Source: Neoconidiobolus thromboides FSU 785 (Eukaryota > Fungi > Entomophthoromycota). Taken from it: 64,000 bases of DNA. Below are positions 25,739 through 38,571 of the stretch, piece by piece; positions within the stretch are counted from its first letter, which is position 1; every line of letters begins with the position of its first letter. The position numbers and the translations under genes were made by a program. The notes below the pieces were generated by a model. It did not search any database. It was given only the letters and a program-made list of their open reading frames with translations, and was not told the origin of the DNA. The stretch is taken from assembly GCA_025603075.1 (NCBI GenBank), contig MU626266.1:1-64000 (forward strand). The letters run 5' to 3'.

Positions 25739-25919
25739 ATTGAGATCAATTTAAAGTATAAGTATCAAAAGTATTAAAAGTTAGAAAGTACTAAATTTCA
25801 CCTTGAAGTTTAATTTTTAATTTGTATATAGAATAAAAAGTGAGTTAATGTATTAAAATTATTTTTTAGGAACATTGAACTTGTTTAATTTAATTAAAAT
25901 ACTTTTCACTTTGAAATTC

Positions 25920-26024
25920 ATACGGGGATGTATTTTTATATTTAATAATTTTACTAATAGTTTTTCCGCTCAAATAGCGGTTAAAAGATGAAAAAAGTAA
26001 TGGAGCTAAAAAACACCCCCATAT
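25920..26024 (-). mobile_element. MITE copy 13
   Basis: ATACGGGGATGT...TTCCGCTCAAATAGCGG...ACACCCCCATAT. Confidence 0.88.
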
Positions 26025-26411
26025 TTAGAACTTTATCTCTAAGTAAATAAAGTATTGACAACTCATGTCCAGAAACATAAACAGAGAAGTAAAATACATA
26101 TATATATTCATTAATTATCGATTGTTGTTCTTTAGTCAATTATTCATGTTAAAAATTTGATATTATTATTTTAGCTTTTTTATAAATAATAGTTATTTGT
26201 AACTGTTATTGAAAATATACAAAGTAGAATAGCGGATATCTACAAACTATGTTTTAACACCATGGTGTAAAATATCAATATTAGTAAACAATGTGAAGCA
26301 ATATATGGTGGTGAATTTTGTTTATCTATTGCGTAGAAATTTTGTTGGAATATTAACGATCATTACATATTAAAAATATTTATAAATCATTTATAATAAA
26401 CTATGGGAAAT

Positions 26412-26513
26412 ATATGGGGATGTTTTTTTTGGTTTCCTCACTTTTTGTTTTTAAAGCGCTATTTAAGTGAAAAAGTTAGTAAAATCCTTAAATAAAAAAA
26501 TATATTCCCATAT
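26412..26513 (+). mobile_element. MITE copy 14
   Basis: ATATGGGGATGT...AAGCGCTATTTAAGTG...TATTCCCATAT. Confidence 0.88.
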
Positions 26514-26772
26514 ACAGTATTCAAGCCTATCACAGCTGTAGCAATAAAATAATGTAAGCAAATTTTTATTGAATAATTTTGATAGTTATTGAAAACCCAA
26601 ATGACTTTAAAATATTATAGCTAAAATCAAGATAATTGTAGTCAAATCTACAATAATTTTTGTCACAAATTCTTTTTTATGTTCACTTTTGTTTCCGATG
26701 GCTATCAAAAACGTCTAACAATTTGTTTAAAAAAAATTTCTTGTTACACTTGTGATAGATTTAAAATACTAC

Positions 26773-26865
26773 TATGGAGGTTTTTTTTTGGTTATCACTT
26801 TTTCCATTTTAGCACTATTTGAGTGGAAAGACTACCAATAAAATTCTTGAATAAAAACATCCTCA
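26773..26865 (+). mobile_element. MITE copy 15 (degenerate)
   Basis: TATGGAGG...AGCACTATTTGAGTGGAAAG...AAAATTCTTG...ACATCCTCA. Confidence 0.8.
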
Positions 26866-26928
26866 AGTAATCTTATTTTATCACTTTGTCCATTTCTTAC
26901 ACAGCATAAAAATAAAAAATTATATTAA

Positions 26929-27030
26929 ATGTGGGTATTTTTTTTGACTTCACTATTTTTCCATTTTTAAGTGCTATCTAAGCGGAAAATTTGTTAGCAA
27001 AATTCTTAAACACAAACTACATCCCCAAAT
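26929..27030 (+). mobile_element. MITE copy 16
   Basis: ATGTGGGTATTTTTTTTGACTTC...TTAAGTGCTATCTAAGCGGAAAA...ACATCCCCAAAT. Confidence 0.85.
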
Positions 27031-27783
27031 GTTGAAACAAAAAACATTTGTATATAACTATTTTTAAATTAAAAAAGTTCAATTTTAGATTTGAACTACT
27101 CTATATATTAAAATTGAATAAGTTATATATATACTTTTATGCTTACTTTATTTAGTCTATATAACTACTATAGTTGATAATATCTTGAAAGATTATAGTG
27201 ACCAAAAATGTCACACTATAAAACAATGTGAAATAACCATGTGAAAAAGGAAATCATAAAATGACTTGATATTGAATCGATTGGTTTAATTGGCTATGAA
27301 ATTAATAAGGGATCAAACTAAGTTAAACTAAAAAACTTATTTTAAAGGACCAATTAAATCATTGTTTAGGAAAGGTGGCAAAATGGACTGAAAATCATAA
27401 GAGTTTGTGTAATAAAAAATGATTCGATCTTTAGAAAAAAGTGCAACCATAGGAAATGGCAATGTTTTGTTTAGCTAAAAACAGAATAATAAATTGATCT
27501 CTATCAAAACCTCTACATCATTATTTCATTATATTCAATTGTAATATTTAATAATATTTTAAAAACTGGTTTAGAAACAAATGTCCATAATTAGATTTTA
27601 TATTAAAATTTGAAAAATAAATTATAGTTTATATTAAACTTTAAAAAATATTATAGTTTATATTAAAACTTTCTAATATGATTGATGTTTATTAAAATTA
27701 TTTAATGTTGTTAAATGTACAAGTATTATAAACAATAAATTTTACAATAGGTTTTAAAGATAAGAATTAGTTATATAATTAAT

Positions 27784-29321
27784 TTAAGCCGAGTTCGAGG
27801 TAATCACAGATTTGTTATTACTTCCATCTTCATAAAAAAAATGACTATTAGGTGCTAAAAATGAATAAATATCCTTTGTATCCCCTAATAACGAATCACT
27901 TTCATGATTCTCTTCAATACCATTACGTTGTGATTTATGCAATATATCAGCTAATAAATGGATGGAAGCTACTACAAATGATACAGTAGATTGTGCAATA
28001 GGATGCTGTAAAATGTCTTGTAAATACTTATCAATGGAATATGGTGATGGTGCAATCGAATCACAAGAAATAACCATAGTACCTGTAGTTAGGATATAAT
28101 CTTTACCTCTCCAATTTAAGGAGTTTCCTAAGATACTATACAAAAACAAAGGTAAAGCCGATACCTCACGAAAACCCCAGGCAACCATATATTTTCTGAA
28201 ATCGCTTACTGGCTTTCCAATTAATGATTGGAATGTAATGAGATCTAAAGCAAACCATGTTACTACATGGAAAGCAAAGAAATTTAGTGGATGAATAGAA
28301 AAAATAGAGGAAAAGGAGTAAGAAGCAATAAGTCCATTAAGTACACATTCAGTAAAAGGCTCTAAAAGTATACTGAGCATTGAAATGTACTTACGTAAAC
28401 GAAGCCAACGAGATCTACGACCAAAAAAGGAAGAAAGAGGCATCTCACCCATTGGTTGATAGATAAGATCTTCAACCATAACGTGCTTGAGGCCTAGATC
28501 CCAAATATTTTTAGCAATCCAATGATCTTCAGCTAAGACTTTAGTAGCTGCTTCCATACCACCAAACTTTTCAAAATCGGATTTACGATATAAACAACTC
28601 TTTCCCATTACGCAAGAATCTAGCTTTAAAAAGTTAACGGCACTATACAACTTTGCATGGGTAGTATTTAAAAAGATGGCGTCTAACATAGCGCCAAAAC
28701 TTTGAGCTTGTAAACCTATTGGTAAATGATGAACAAGACCAACTTCTGGCTTAATCAATTCTACTAAAGCTCTACCAAGTGTACCTTTGTTTAGGTATAC
28801 ATTTGAATCGCATACCCATAATAAATCATATTTTGCTTGCTTATATGCTTCAACCATGTTGCTTACTTTAGGATTTACTCCATAAGTACACTCATCGATA
28901 ATGATCTTAGCATCAACATTAGGGTACTTTGACATTAGTTTTTTTACAACAGGGATCGATGGATCGTTTGGTGAATGAACAGAAAATATTATCTCGAAAT
29001 TAGTATAATCTTGAGTAAATGAAGTCTCTAAATTTTGATATAGCATAAAATCTAATCCAGATAATGGACGAATAATACTGACGAATGGTGAACCAGGAAT
29101 AGACAATGGTTTACGTTTGTTTAATACTGAAGCAGGCTTATATTTATGAGTACTGTAAAAAAGTTAATATAAATTGGCTATCTTTTAAAATAAAATTACC
29201 TTAAATACCAGCTCAATGTCGATACAAATATCATTAAAGCCCAAAAGATAAAGCCGAATGCAATAGCAGTAATATTAAATATACTGTATATACTCAAATT
29301 ATCTAAACTATAATCTAACAT
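27784..29321 (-). CDS. GCS1: Ceramide glucosyltransferase (GT21)
   Basis: N-terminal TM exon (ATG 29321) and one intron; VSIIRPLSGLD, GVNPKVSNM, WVCDSNV, VMGKSCL, LAEDHW, RRSRWLRLRKY. Confidence 0.92.
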
Positions 29322-30575
29322 GATGATAGTAAAAACAGAAAAAGATAAAAACAAATTGAGGATTAAATAGTGTATAAAAAGAGGTAATCTCTCCTTTAAA
29401 AATCAAATAATTTAAATTTAACTGAAAAGTTAAACTTCTCAACTATTAATGATGTTTCTTATTTATACTTCATCCGCCATTTGATGGGGCCCTAAATTTT
29501 AATTGGCTATAGCTATGATTTCAAATCAAATTTGGAACGAATCGCATGTTTGAGAATAGAAATTTGATAGTGTTAAAAAGATTAATAACTTTAAATAACT
29601 TATAAATTAAATATAGACTATTAAGCTCTATTGATTGTAAATAACGAATAAGAATGTAAGTATAAGAAGAAGATATACGGTATGTTTTGTTGTTTTATTT
29701 TATATTGCTCTTTTAATAACTTAACGCAAATTCATAATTTAGGCTCAAAATACATGAATTAAAATAATGTTGAGATCATTCTAAAGGTCATATTATTACC
29801 TAACTTAGTAATAAGTAATGGAAGAATATTAGCCCGACAACTAAATTTATAAAATAATGAAATGATTTTTAATATGCATAAACGATATTATATATATACA
29901 ATATGATATTTTGTATATCAAAATGCTATTCCTAGTAAATTGATAAGTTTCTATACAAAACCATAGTACGATAGCTCATACATTCACAACTTATGATTAT
30001 TAATACACAATAGTAACTGCGCCGAGCCCGATCAATTAGATCATTTTAATTCTAATTGTAAAATCTAGTCATCAAAAAATGTAATTGGTTTAGCCGTGTG
30101 GAATTTTGGGGTAAAACCAATAGGGTTTAGGCTAATTTTGTAGAAAGAAATAAAATTGGCATTTGATTCAGGAAGAAAGGATTTCGGCTTGTTTTACAGA
30201 TTAACAATGATTTATAATCGCATTAAAATCTGGATAATTTTTTCAGTGGAAGCCATTAATTATTAATAAAATTTCAATGAACTTATACGTTTTTGAAACT
30301 TTTAATCAATTGATTATAAATTTTTAACCTAAGTAGTGCTAAAAAGGATACCAGTCTTTAGATATTTCATACAGAATATTCTTTTTTTTACTCTTCCTAT
30401 TTTATTATATTATCTTATTCAGTTTCATATTAAATATGCAATTGGGCAAATGCATTAGTTTTATCAGGGATGGGTAACTTAATAACTTACAATGAATTTT
30501 TTATTAACAAAATTTTAGAGTTGTTCCGTGAAAAAATAGCAATTTCTAAGAAATTTAATAAAACACAATATTAAC

Positions 30576-30675
30576 ATGATGTGCTTTTTTAGCTTCATCA
30601 CTTTTCTATTTTAAGTCCTATTTGACCGGAAAAATTCTTAGTAAAATTCCTAAACATAAAAATCCATCTCCATAT
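30576..30675 (+). mobile_element. MITE copy 17 (degenerate)
   Basis: GATGTGCTTTTTTAGCTTCATCAC...CTATTTGACCGGAAAA...CCATCTCCATAT. Confidence 0.8.
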
Positions 30676-30764
30676 CTTTAAAGGTAAGTTTAGCATAATT
30701 ATAAAATTACTAAACAAGAATAAAACCCAGTCTCTTTAAGCTATTAAAAATAGTAGAAGTTATT

Positions 30765-30872
30765 ATATGGGGATGTATTTTTGTGTTTAAGAATTTTACT
30801 AATAAATTTTCCGCTTAAATAGTGCTTAAAAAAATGGAAGAAATAATGAAGTCAAAAAAAACACTCCCATAT
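30765..30872 (-). mobile_element. MITE copy 18
   Basis: ATATGGGGATGT...AAATAGTGCTTAAAA...ACACTCCCATAT. Confidence 0.9.
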
Positions 30873-31232
30873 GTTAATATTGATCAAAAGTCGAAACGTT
30901 AAAAATAGTACATTATTTGGAAACTATTATAAGACCGAGAAGCTTTATATTTATTTAGAAAATGGGACTAGTTTAATTTAGTAAATGAAAACATATTACT
31001 CATGAAATCATAAAATGTTCTTATTTAGTATTTTTTAACTTTGGTTAATAAAATATGTTTAAAGATATATAAAATAATAAGATATCCCTGCTTTTATATT
31101 CCTAAAGTCTTTTTTTTTATAGTGGGGTAAAGAAGGAGCTCGTATTTATTTTGTTGAAATTAAGTTTGTATAAACTGTAATAAAATTATGGAATCTGTCA
31201 AAATCCATAAATTTAACATTAGTCTGACATAC

Positions 31233-31319
31233 AATGGGAATGTGTTTTTTTGAACTATGGAGTAATTTTTTTAACCTAATAGTGCTAAAAAATAAAAAAA
31301 TAAACCCAAATATTCCCTA
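31233..31319 (-). mobile_element. MITE copy 19 (highly degenerate)
   Basis: ATGGGAATGTGTTTTTT...AATAGTGCTAAAAAA...ATATTCCCTA. Confidence 0.5.
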
Positions 31320-32477
31320 ATGTCCTTGATTTAGAATCTTCAGCTTTTAGCATAAAATTCAAATTGAGTGAAACACTAGTTATTAAAATATAATATTTTG
31401 AAGTTTAATCCAAAAGTAAAATATTTAGAACCGGATACAGTTAACCTTTACCTTCCTTTAATCTATTACTAATACACTATACAATGAATTTACAAATCAC
31501 ATATACTATCTCAATCTATAAATTTGCTTAAAAAGGATTGGCAGAAAATTTGAAAAAAAATCAAAGTAAAAGTAGAAAAAAACTAATTGAAAATCTTAAA
31601 AACTTGTTAAAGCTTATACGGTTTATTTAAAAATATTAGTTTACTATATAATTATAAGAAAAGCTATATAAATAAAATAGACTTTAATTTTATTTAATAG
31701 ATTTTTTATACTAAATGGCATCTATGAATTTATAATGTTAAAAAAAATTAGAACAAAGAAGTTATAGGGTTATGCAAAAGTTTTTTAAATAATTTAATAA
31801 CTCTTTAAGGATTAAACCTTTTGCAAAACGGCATGATAATTTTAATATTAAGCTATTATACTTTTAAGCTTTATAAAGTTTTATCATGTAATCAAATAGC
31901 TATTAGTCTATTTTTAAAAACACTCTGCTTTATTATATTAGGTCTTTTTTAAGCATTATTTAAAATTAGTTTTCTTTAAAATATAAAGTATAATACACAC
32001 AAAAAGAAGCATACGTCTTTATTGTGAAGTCCTTATAAACTGGACTATAAAGAGTTGTAAGTGAGTAGTTTAACAAGACATGTCACATAGTATTAGAAAT
32101 TTTTTAAACTTAAGTTAATTATTCATTGTTTGATTAGTTCGTAGAAAGTAAAAAAGGCGTACCTTCACTTAATCAGAAAAAGTAAAATTATAATCCAAAT
32201 TTATGCCTTTTGGGTTTTTGTTAAACTTTATTTTTATTCCTTTTCCCTTACATCTCCTCTTTTATCCATATCTATTTAGGATGCTATAGTCACTTTATAA
32301 CTTATTGAAGAATTTAAAATTTCTTCCACTCAATAAGTTTAAAAAAAACTTGTCACATAACTAACTTTGAATTGTTAGAAATTGATTGGCTGATTCGAGA
32401 TTCTATGATTGATGTTAAAATTAAGCAATGGAAAAGTCAACGTCAAAAACCGATTTTTTATAAAAAACTAAATAAAG

Positions 32478-33336
32478 ATGACTACTATCGAATGGAAAGG
32501 TAAACCCTCCCTTTACTCACCTCTATTTAGCAATAAAAATTAAAGTATTTTGAAATAGACCCAGCTGAGTCTCTTTGGACTTGCAACTCAAGTTTGATAT
32601 CTCAAAACTTGAATTGTACATTCATCCAAGGTCTCCTTCTTGACTGTCAATCTCATCTTTCTTCCAGTACTTCCTCCTCTTCTTCCCCTACTCTTCCCCT
32701 CAATAAGTACCTTGAATATCTCTCTCAGGATACATACTATTTACAAGTGTATGCTCGAGCCTATGCCTATGCATTAGCACGATGTGAAGAGTTTTCAGTA
32801 ATTGAAAAAATCAAAGTATTATTAGATGGAGTGTTTGAAGAATTAAAATACCATCAACTTTATTTGGGTAAATATGGATTACAAGTAGCAAAGAAAATTA
32901 GTAAAGAAACAGGGAACTATGTTGATTTTTTGATAAGTGTAGCGAAAGAACAACCGGTACAAGCGTTGCTTGCAGCAGTAATTCCTTGCACCAGATTGTA
33001 TTTATATTTGGGTAAGTTGAGGGAGATATTTGTATTTCATTTTAGATTAATTTTCTTTTATCAGGTACTGAATTAAAATCGCAATTGAATATGGAATCAT
33101 TAAACTCCTTTAATAATCTTAATTTAGAAGGTAAGGAAAAAGTTGATAAAATTGAGCTTTATTTTAACTGGATTGAAAAATATTCAAGTGATGGATTGAG
33201 GGATGTTTGTCATCTTTTAGAAAGTTTATTTAATGATTTGGTTAAAGATGCAGATGAGGAGCTAGTAGAGTTATGTAAACAAAATTATAAAAAAGCATTG
33301 CAATTGGAGTTGGAATTTTTTGAACAAGTTAATTAA
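32478..33336 (+). CDS. tenA: Stand-alone TenA/thiaminase II (aminopyrimidine aminohydrolase), 3 exons
   Basis: Spliced MTTIEWKDPAESLW...TFIQGL, YLSQDTYYLQVYARAYA, AVIPCTRLYLYLG (catalytic Cys position), YFNWIEKYSS, ALQLELEFF. Confidence 0.85.
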
Positions 33337-33635
33337 AGAAATAAAAGTAATTGTTTTTATTATATGAATTTTTTGGTTTATTATATTTAGCTAATTAACA
33401 TTTTATTTCAATAAAAAAGATTTAAGAATTAAAAAAACATACTATAAACTGATATTATCTTGACGTAAACCAATTACCTTAGTATGTCCAAAGTATCCTT
33501 ATCAAGTTTCAAAAAAAACCAACAACTCAATCATACTCCACTATCACATCCTAGAGTCTCTTTTCTGTTAATCTTTGCAACCATTCCCTAAAAAAAACTT
33601 TATTAGCACAAAATCTATAGTATCCGATTCCACCT

Positions 33636-35709
33636 TCACTTACCACATAAGTTTTTAAAACCTATAGTAGCTGGTTTAATTTGATATTTTGTATTATTAA
33701 TAAATTCACATTCCCAAGCATGATATCTAGCGAAATCTAATTTAGAAGAACAAATTGGAAATTGAGGTGCTTCTCTTTTATAGATTTCTCTTAATGGCAA
33801 ACTCAATACTTTTAAATCTTGATCCAAAAGGTTCAAGTTTCTACATTTTACTACCGCTTTTAAAGCATGAAAAGCAGCCATTGGAATGGTCCAATCACTT
33901 GCTTCACGTATCCCCCAATAGGGGTGACGTGATCCTGTGTAGATTTCATATTGACGATAATCGAGAAGTTGAATAATATTTTGACAACTTTTTAAGCATG
34001 TAGTTTGATAGTATGTTAATTTAGGACTATTAATTTGGGATACTACAAAGGCATCCATAATGGGCTCAACCAAATCAATTAATAGTGTGTTTTTGATTAA
34101 GACTAATAAATAATCTGACATTGGTAAGGGATAGCTATTATTATTGTTATTATTGATTGTTTCTTCACTATTTGTATCACTGCTACTACCGCTACTATCA
34201 CTACTATTATTATTATCTTGTTGATTATTCATATTAACGGCCATTAATTGTTTAATTATTAACTCATCATCAAAAGCATATAATTGATTTAATTGGTTAA
34301 TATTTAATAATATAATTCTCTCATAATTCTGTAGAGAAATCTCTTGATTAGTGTATAGATGACTTAACTTATTACAAATGTGTAAGATGGATATTGTCTT
34401 TGTTAATTTACAGCAATTTTTCATTCTTTTTTCTGCTAATAATTCTTCTTTACTCAAGTTTACACTCTGTTTCCATTCGATAGGTAACTCAATCATCTTC
34501 AAATCGTCTTTACTTGTATTATTAAAGATGCTTGGTTTGTTGATAAAACAAGAAATTAACAAATCATATAATATAATAATTGCTTGGATTGTTTTGACTT
34601 CATAAAATTGAATTAAACCCATAGGATGGTTATCTAACCTCTTATTGCTTAGTGCAATTTCATTCAAATGAATCATTTGACTCAATTTAGTAATTTCCAT
34701 AATTCGATTGTAGGCTAAAGCTTGTCCCATATTAATAAATTCCATTGATAGTAATAATAAATTGGCTTGTATAAATCGTAATTGGTCCTCAAAACACAAT
34801 TGAAATGGACTTTGATTTAATATTTCTTTACATTTTAGATATAATGGATCTTCAAACAAGAGTGGTAATTCTTGATTATTAAATTGTTGTGTCGGCGTTT
34901 TGTTCCAATTTTTATCAAAGTTAATAACTCCACTATCTATTTAATAGTTTATATTTAATATTATTATATTATATTATATTTTTACCTCTCAAATAAACAT
35001 ACTTTGAATGTCTTAACACCTTTAGTGAAATAACGGTCAATAGAGGAGAAGGAACACCTTGCTTTTCTTTTTCTTTTTCATATGATATATGTTCTTCTGT
35101 AATAAAAGGATAAAAATCCATGTGTAAATCAATAAATAATTTAGATATATCATTTTTGAAATTATCTAGAGATAAACTATTTTGTATCTTAAAATTAAAA
35201 TTAAATGAGTTATTTAATATTATCATTTCCTTTAAACTTTGTATATTTAACTTAATGTATTCGATTTCTATCTTTTTAATAGCTTCTTTATCTTTCACTG
35301 TACTACTATCTTTAGGTACTAACATGGATAAATTAGGTACTAGCTTTTTTGTGTTTGCTTCTCCACTTATTTTAATATATTTATCCGAGAAGTTGACTAC
35401 TGGTGTCAGTTGTAATTGATTCAATAAAGCTAGATCTGGGTCTTCATCCTTAGGTGTTAATAATTCTTCTGTATTCAATTGATAATCAATTAGATTTAAA
35501 TTCTTTGCCATGTTAAATAATTGATTTAATCTCTTTCCTAATACCCTTACTCGTTGTCGATCAAATTGTACTCTTTCTTCGCCTTTAGCATTTAGTTTAA
35601 TTGGAGAATAATCACATATCAGATTTAAATCAATACAACGACTACATTTTGGTTTATTTTTACTACATCTTTTCTTGCTCCGACGACAATTCAAACAATT
35701 TTTGATCAT
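33636..35709 (-). CDS. Zn(II)2Cys6 transcription factor (paralog A), 2 exons
   Basis: CLNCRRSKKRCSKNKPKCSRCIDLNLIC fits the binuclear cluster spacing. The intron after YLR-G joins to ORF 33636-34859. Confidence 0.88.
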
Positions 35710-36348
35710 TTTTCTTTATTGTCTTTGTTATTCCTATAAAATGGAGTTGTGGCTTTCGAGAAATTAATAAAATTAATATTCAATTGAATTATTAATCTAT
35801 TTTGAATTATGAACTTATTTAGTATGGATTGAAGGTTGAGATGATGTTAGGTTGGATTATAGCCTATAAAATTGTGTCTATTTTTAGTGGAAAAAAGCTA
35901 TTCGTTGCTAAAAATTTAGTCTTAATCATGGAAACAGAGTTAGTTTTTGACCAAATTGATACTTTTAAAGCACCCTTTTAGGGGATTTGTACTATTTAAA
36001 TTACTTTTTAGAATATAATACAACTTTTATACAATCAAAGGATATTCAATAACTAATGCAGCATTGATAAATATAATAATATTAATTTATGATATTATTA
36101 TCTTCCTAGAGTAATGCCAAATTTAAAATAAATGCTTATGTAATTAATTGGTTTGGAAATTGAAAACTATTTTGCAATATTGACAAACTTAATTTCCCCC
36201 CCACCTTTGCGTAGTTTGAGGGAATAACAATCAACCAATAAAATCTTCTATTAATATTATGGTTTTAGTTGTCAATATAAATTCATAAGTTAAGATTTAG
36301 TTTTTTTTCAAACTTTTTTTAATAAAAAGATGAACATTAATAAACTAT

Positions 36349-38146
36349 ATGATAGGTAAGTCAATTGAGAAGAGTAAAAAGGATTTGGAATTTGAGTCAG
36401 ATAGTAGAGAACCTGATATGTAAAGGCCATACACATATGTTTATTATTTTTATTTCTTTAGTATCATCAATAATGCAATTGAAAGTAAGTTAAATTATGA
36501 ACAAGGGTTAGAACAAGAATCGTTTTATCGCTTGGATGAAATATTGAAAACCATTCAAGTTTTGAGGGATTTTAAAGTTAAGTTTGATAATTTGGTAAGT
36601 CTATTTGAGTATCGCTGGAAGGGATAATGAGATGAATGATTAAACTAATGTTTATCTAGAATTTATTTGAAGAAACGAAACAATCGGATTTGGGTTTAGA
36701 ATTAGGAAATAATAAAAATACATATTTAAATAAAGAATTAAGTTTTAATAATAAAGTAATACTTTTATAGGCTGTAGTTATTTGGTATATTTAAATTTTA
36801 TTTTTTGTCTAGATGAAAAATTACTCGAGGGAAAATACAGATAATAATAATAATAATAATAATAATAACGGCCCAAAAACTACATTGGATAATACATTAA
36901 CAGTAAAATATACTAATAGTTGTATAGCAATAGTTTAATGTTTTTTTTGTTAAGGATCAGTTTATTAATTTAATAGTTAATAATAACACCAATTCAACAA
37001 GGGTATATAAAAGAAATTCCATATTACCAATGATGCAACAAAGGTTGGATAAATTATTTTTTAGTTATTTACAAAAAGTTTGCAATGACAGTAATATTTC
37101 ATATGTTATACTATTATGTTAATTAGTTCTTATTTTATTTTCTTATTATCTATTTAGAATATATTAAAGATGATAAAGGGGAATTAATGTAAGTTTGTTA
37201 TTATTGTTGAGCAAGAGTTGTTAATTTTTTATAAAAGTCATCAATTAGTACGAATAAAAAAGAAAGAATTACGCTCAGATGATTATATCCCATTTAAATT
37301 TCGAATATCCCCCTTTAGTAATGGGTTTATGGCCGAAATAAGGGAGCATGGGATCAATGAAGCGAGTCTAGATTATTCTAAGATCAAATTATATCTCTGG
37401 AATCAACCATACATCTGTCGATTTAATTCTGAAGGACGAAAAAGTAAAACAAAAGGCACCCATATATGGACTATTGAAGCTAAACACCTCCCAGATGGCT
37501 TATGGAAATTTAAAAAATTTCAACGAAAAATAGTAGAGCCTTTACCAAGAGTAGCTTATATTGGTTTAAAATATGTCTGGTATCCAAAGATTTGGGATCC
37601 CCAAATACAGAGTAAGTAAAAATTGATATTAAATTTATAAATAGTAAAAGAAACAGGATTTTGTTAATAAAGGTATTTTAGAGCCCAGAGCAGCCTTCTC
37701 TTCCCCTTGGCTACCAGATTGGTTAAGGTGGGAAAATAACTGTTTAACGGGGACTCCAGGATTAAATGATAAAAGTTGTGAAATATCGGCAGTGGCACAA
37801 TATCAGCAAGAAGATAAAAGTAAATACATATAATATTTAAATAAAACAATAATAATAATAATAATGTTCATTTAATTTAGCTTATAGTATCTCAGTGAAA
37901 TTTTTTTTAACTGTAGCTCGATTAGATGGTTTAGAAATCAATAGTAGCACAACAAATGATGAAATATCTATGGCCAATTGTAACCATTCGTTAGATGTTA
38001 TATTTAATAATTATTTTTCAGTGGGAAATACAATGGGACAAAATTTAAATAATATGGATTTAAGTAATAGTAATGATAGAGATATAAATGAGAATTCATT
38101 GAATTTAAATCCAAATGAAAATCTATTTATTACTGAAGAGTTTTAA
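36349..38146 (+). CDS. Uncharacterised multi-exon protein with a basic/aromatic central domain and a C-terminal Ig-like (He_PIG-type) segment
   Basis: GT-AG introns link LDKLFFSYLQKVCND, PFKFRISPF...YLWNQPYICRFNSEGRKSKTKGTHIWTIEAK, KIWDPQ and FSSPWLPDWLRWENNCLTGTP. A poly-Asn run comes from an (AAT)n tract. The 5' end is approximate. Confidence 0.7.
36841..36868 (+). repeat. (AAT)n microsatellite encoding poly-Asn
   Basis: ATAATAATAATAATAATAATAATAATAA lies inside an exon. Confidence 0.9.
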
Positions 38147-38571
38147 TAAGAAGCCAAAGGAGAAAAAAAGAAAAAAGAAAGAATATAAGAGGATGTAAGT
38201 CAAAAATTTTACATTAGAGGTTTAATAATAAAGTATAAAAGTGGATGAGTTTTGAGGGAGTATCGAATTTAATAATAATAATGATATGTTTATTAACGTT
38301 ATAATATTTATTGTTTTTAGTTTTAGTTATTAGAATAATTGTAGTGAATATTTGAGGAATTATAATACTTAAAAAAGAATTGGAAGATTTAATTCCGTTA
38401 AATTCAATTGCTTTCTTGTTGTATTGAGATCGTTATACTGTTTTAAATAAATGAAATTATTTTTTAAAAATCTTTTAATTAAATATACATGATTTATTAA
38501 ATAAATTCAACTATCTTTTACTTAATAAAAGAAACCGCATAACAAATATATTTCATGTCTCAAACAAATGT

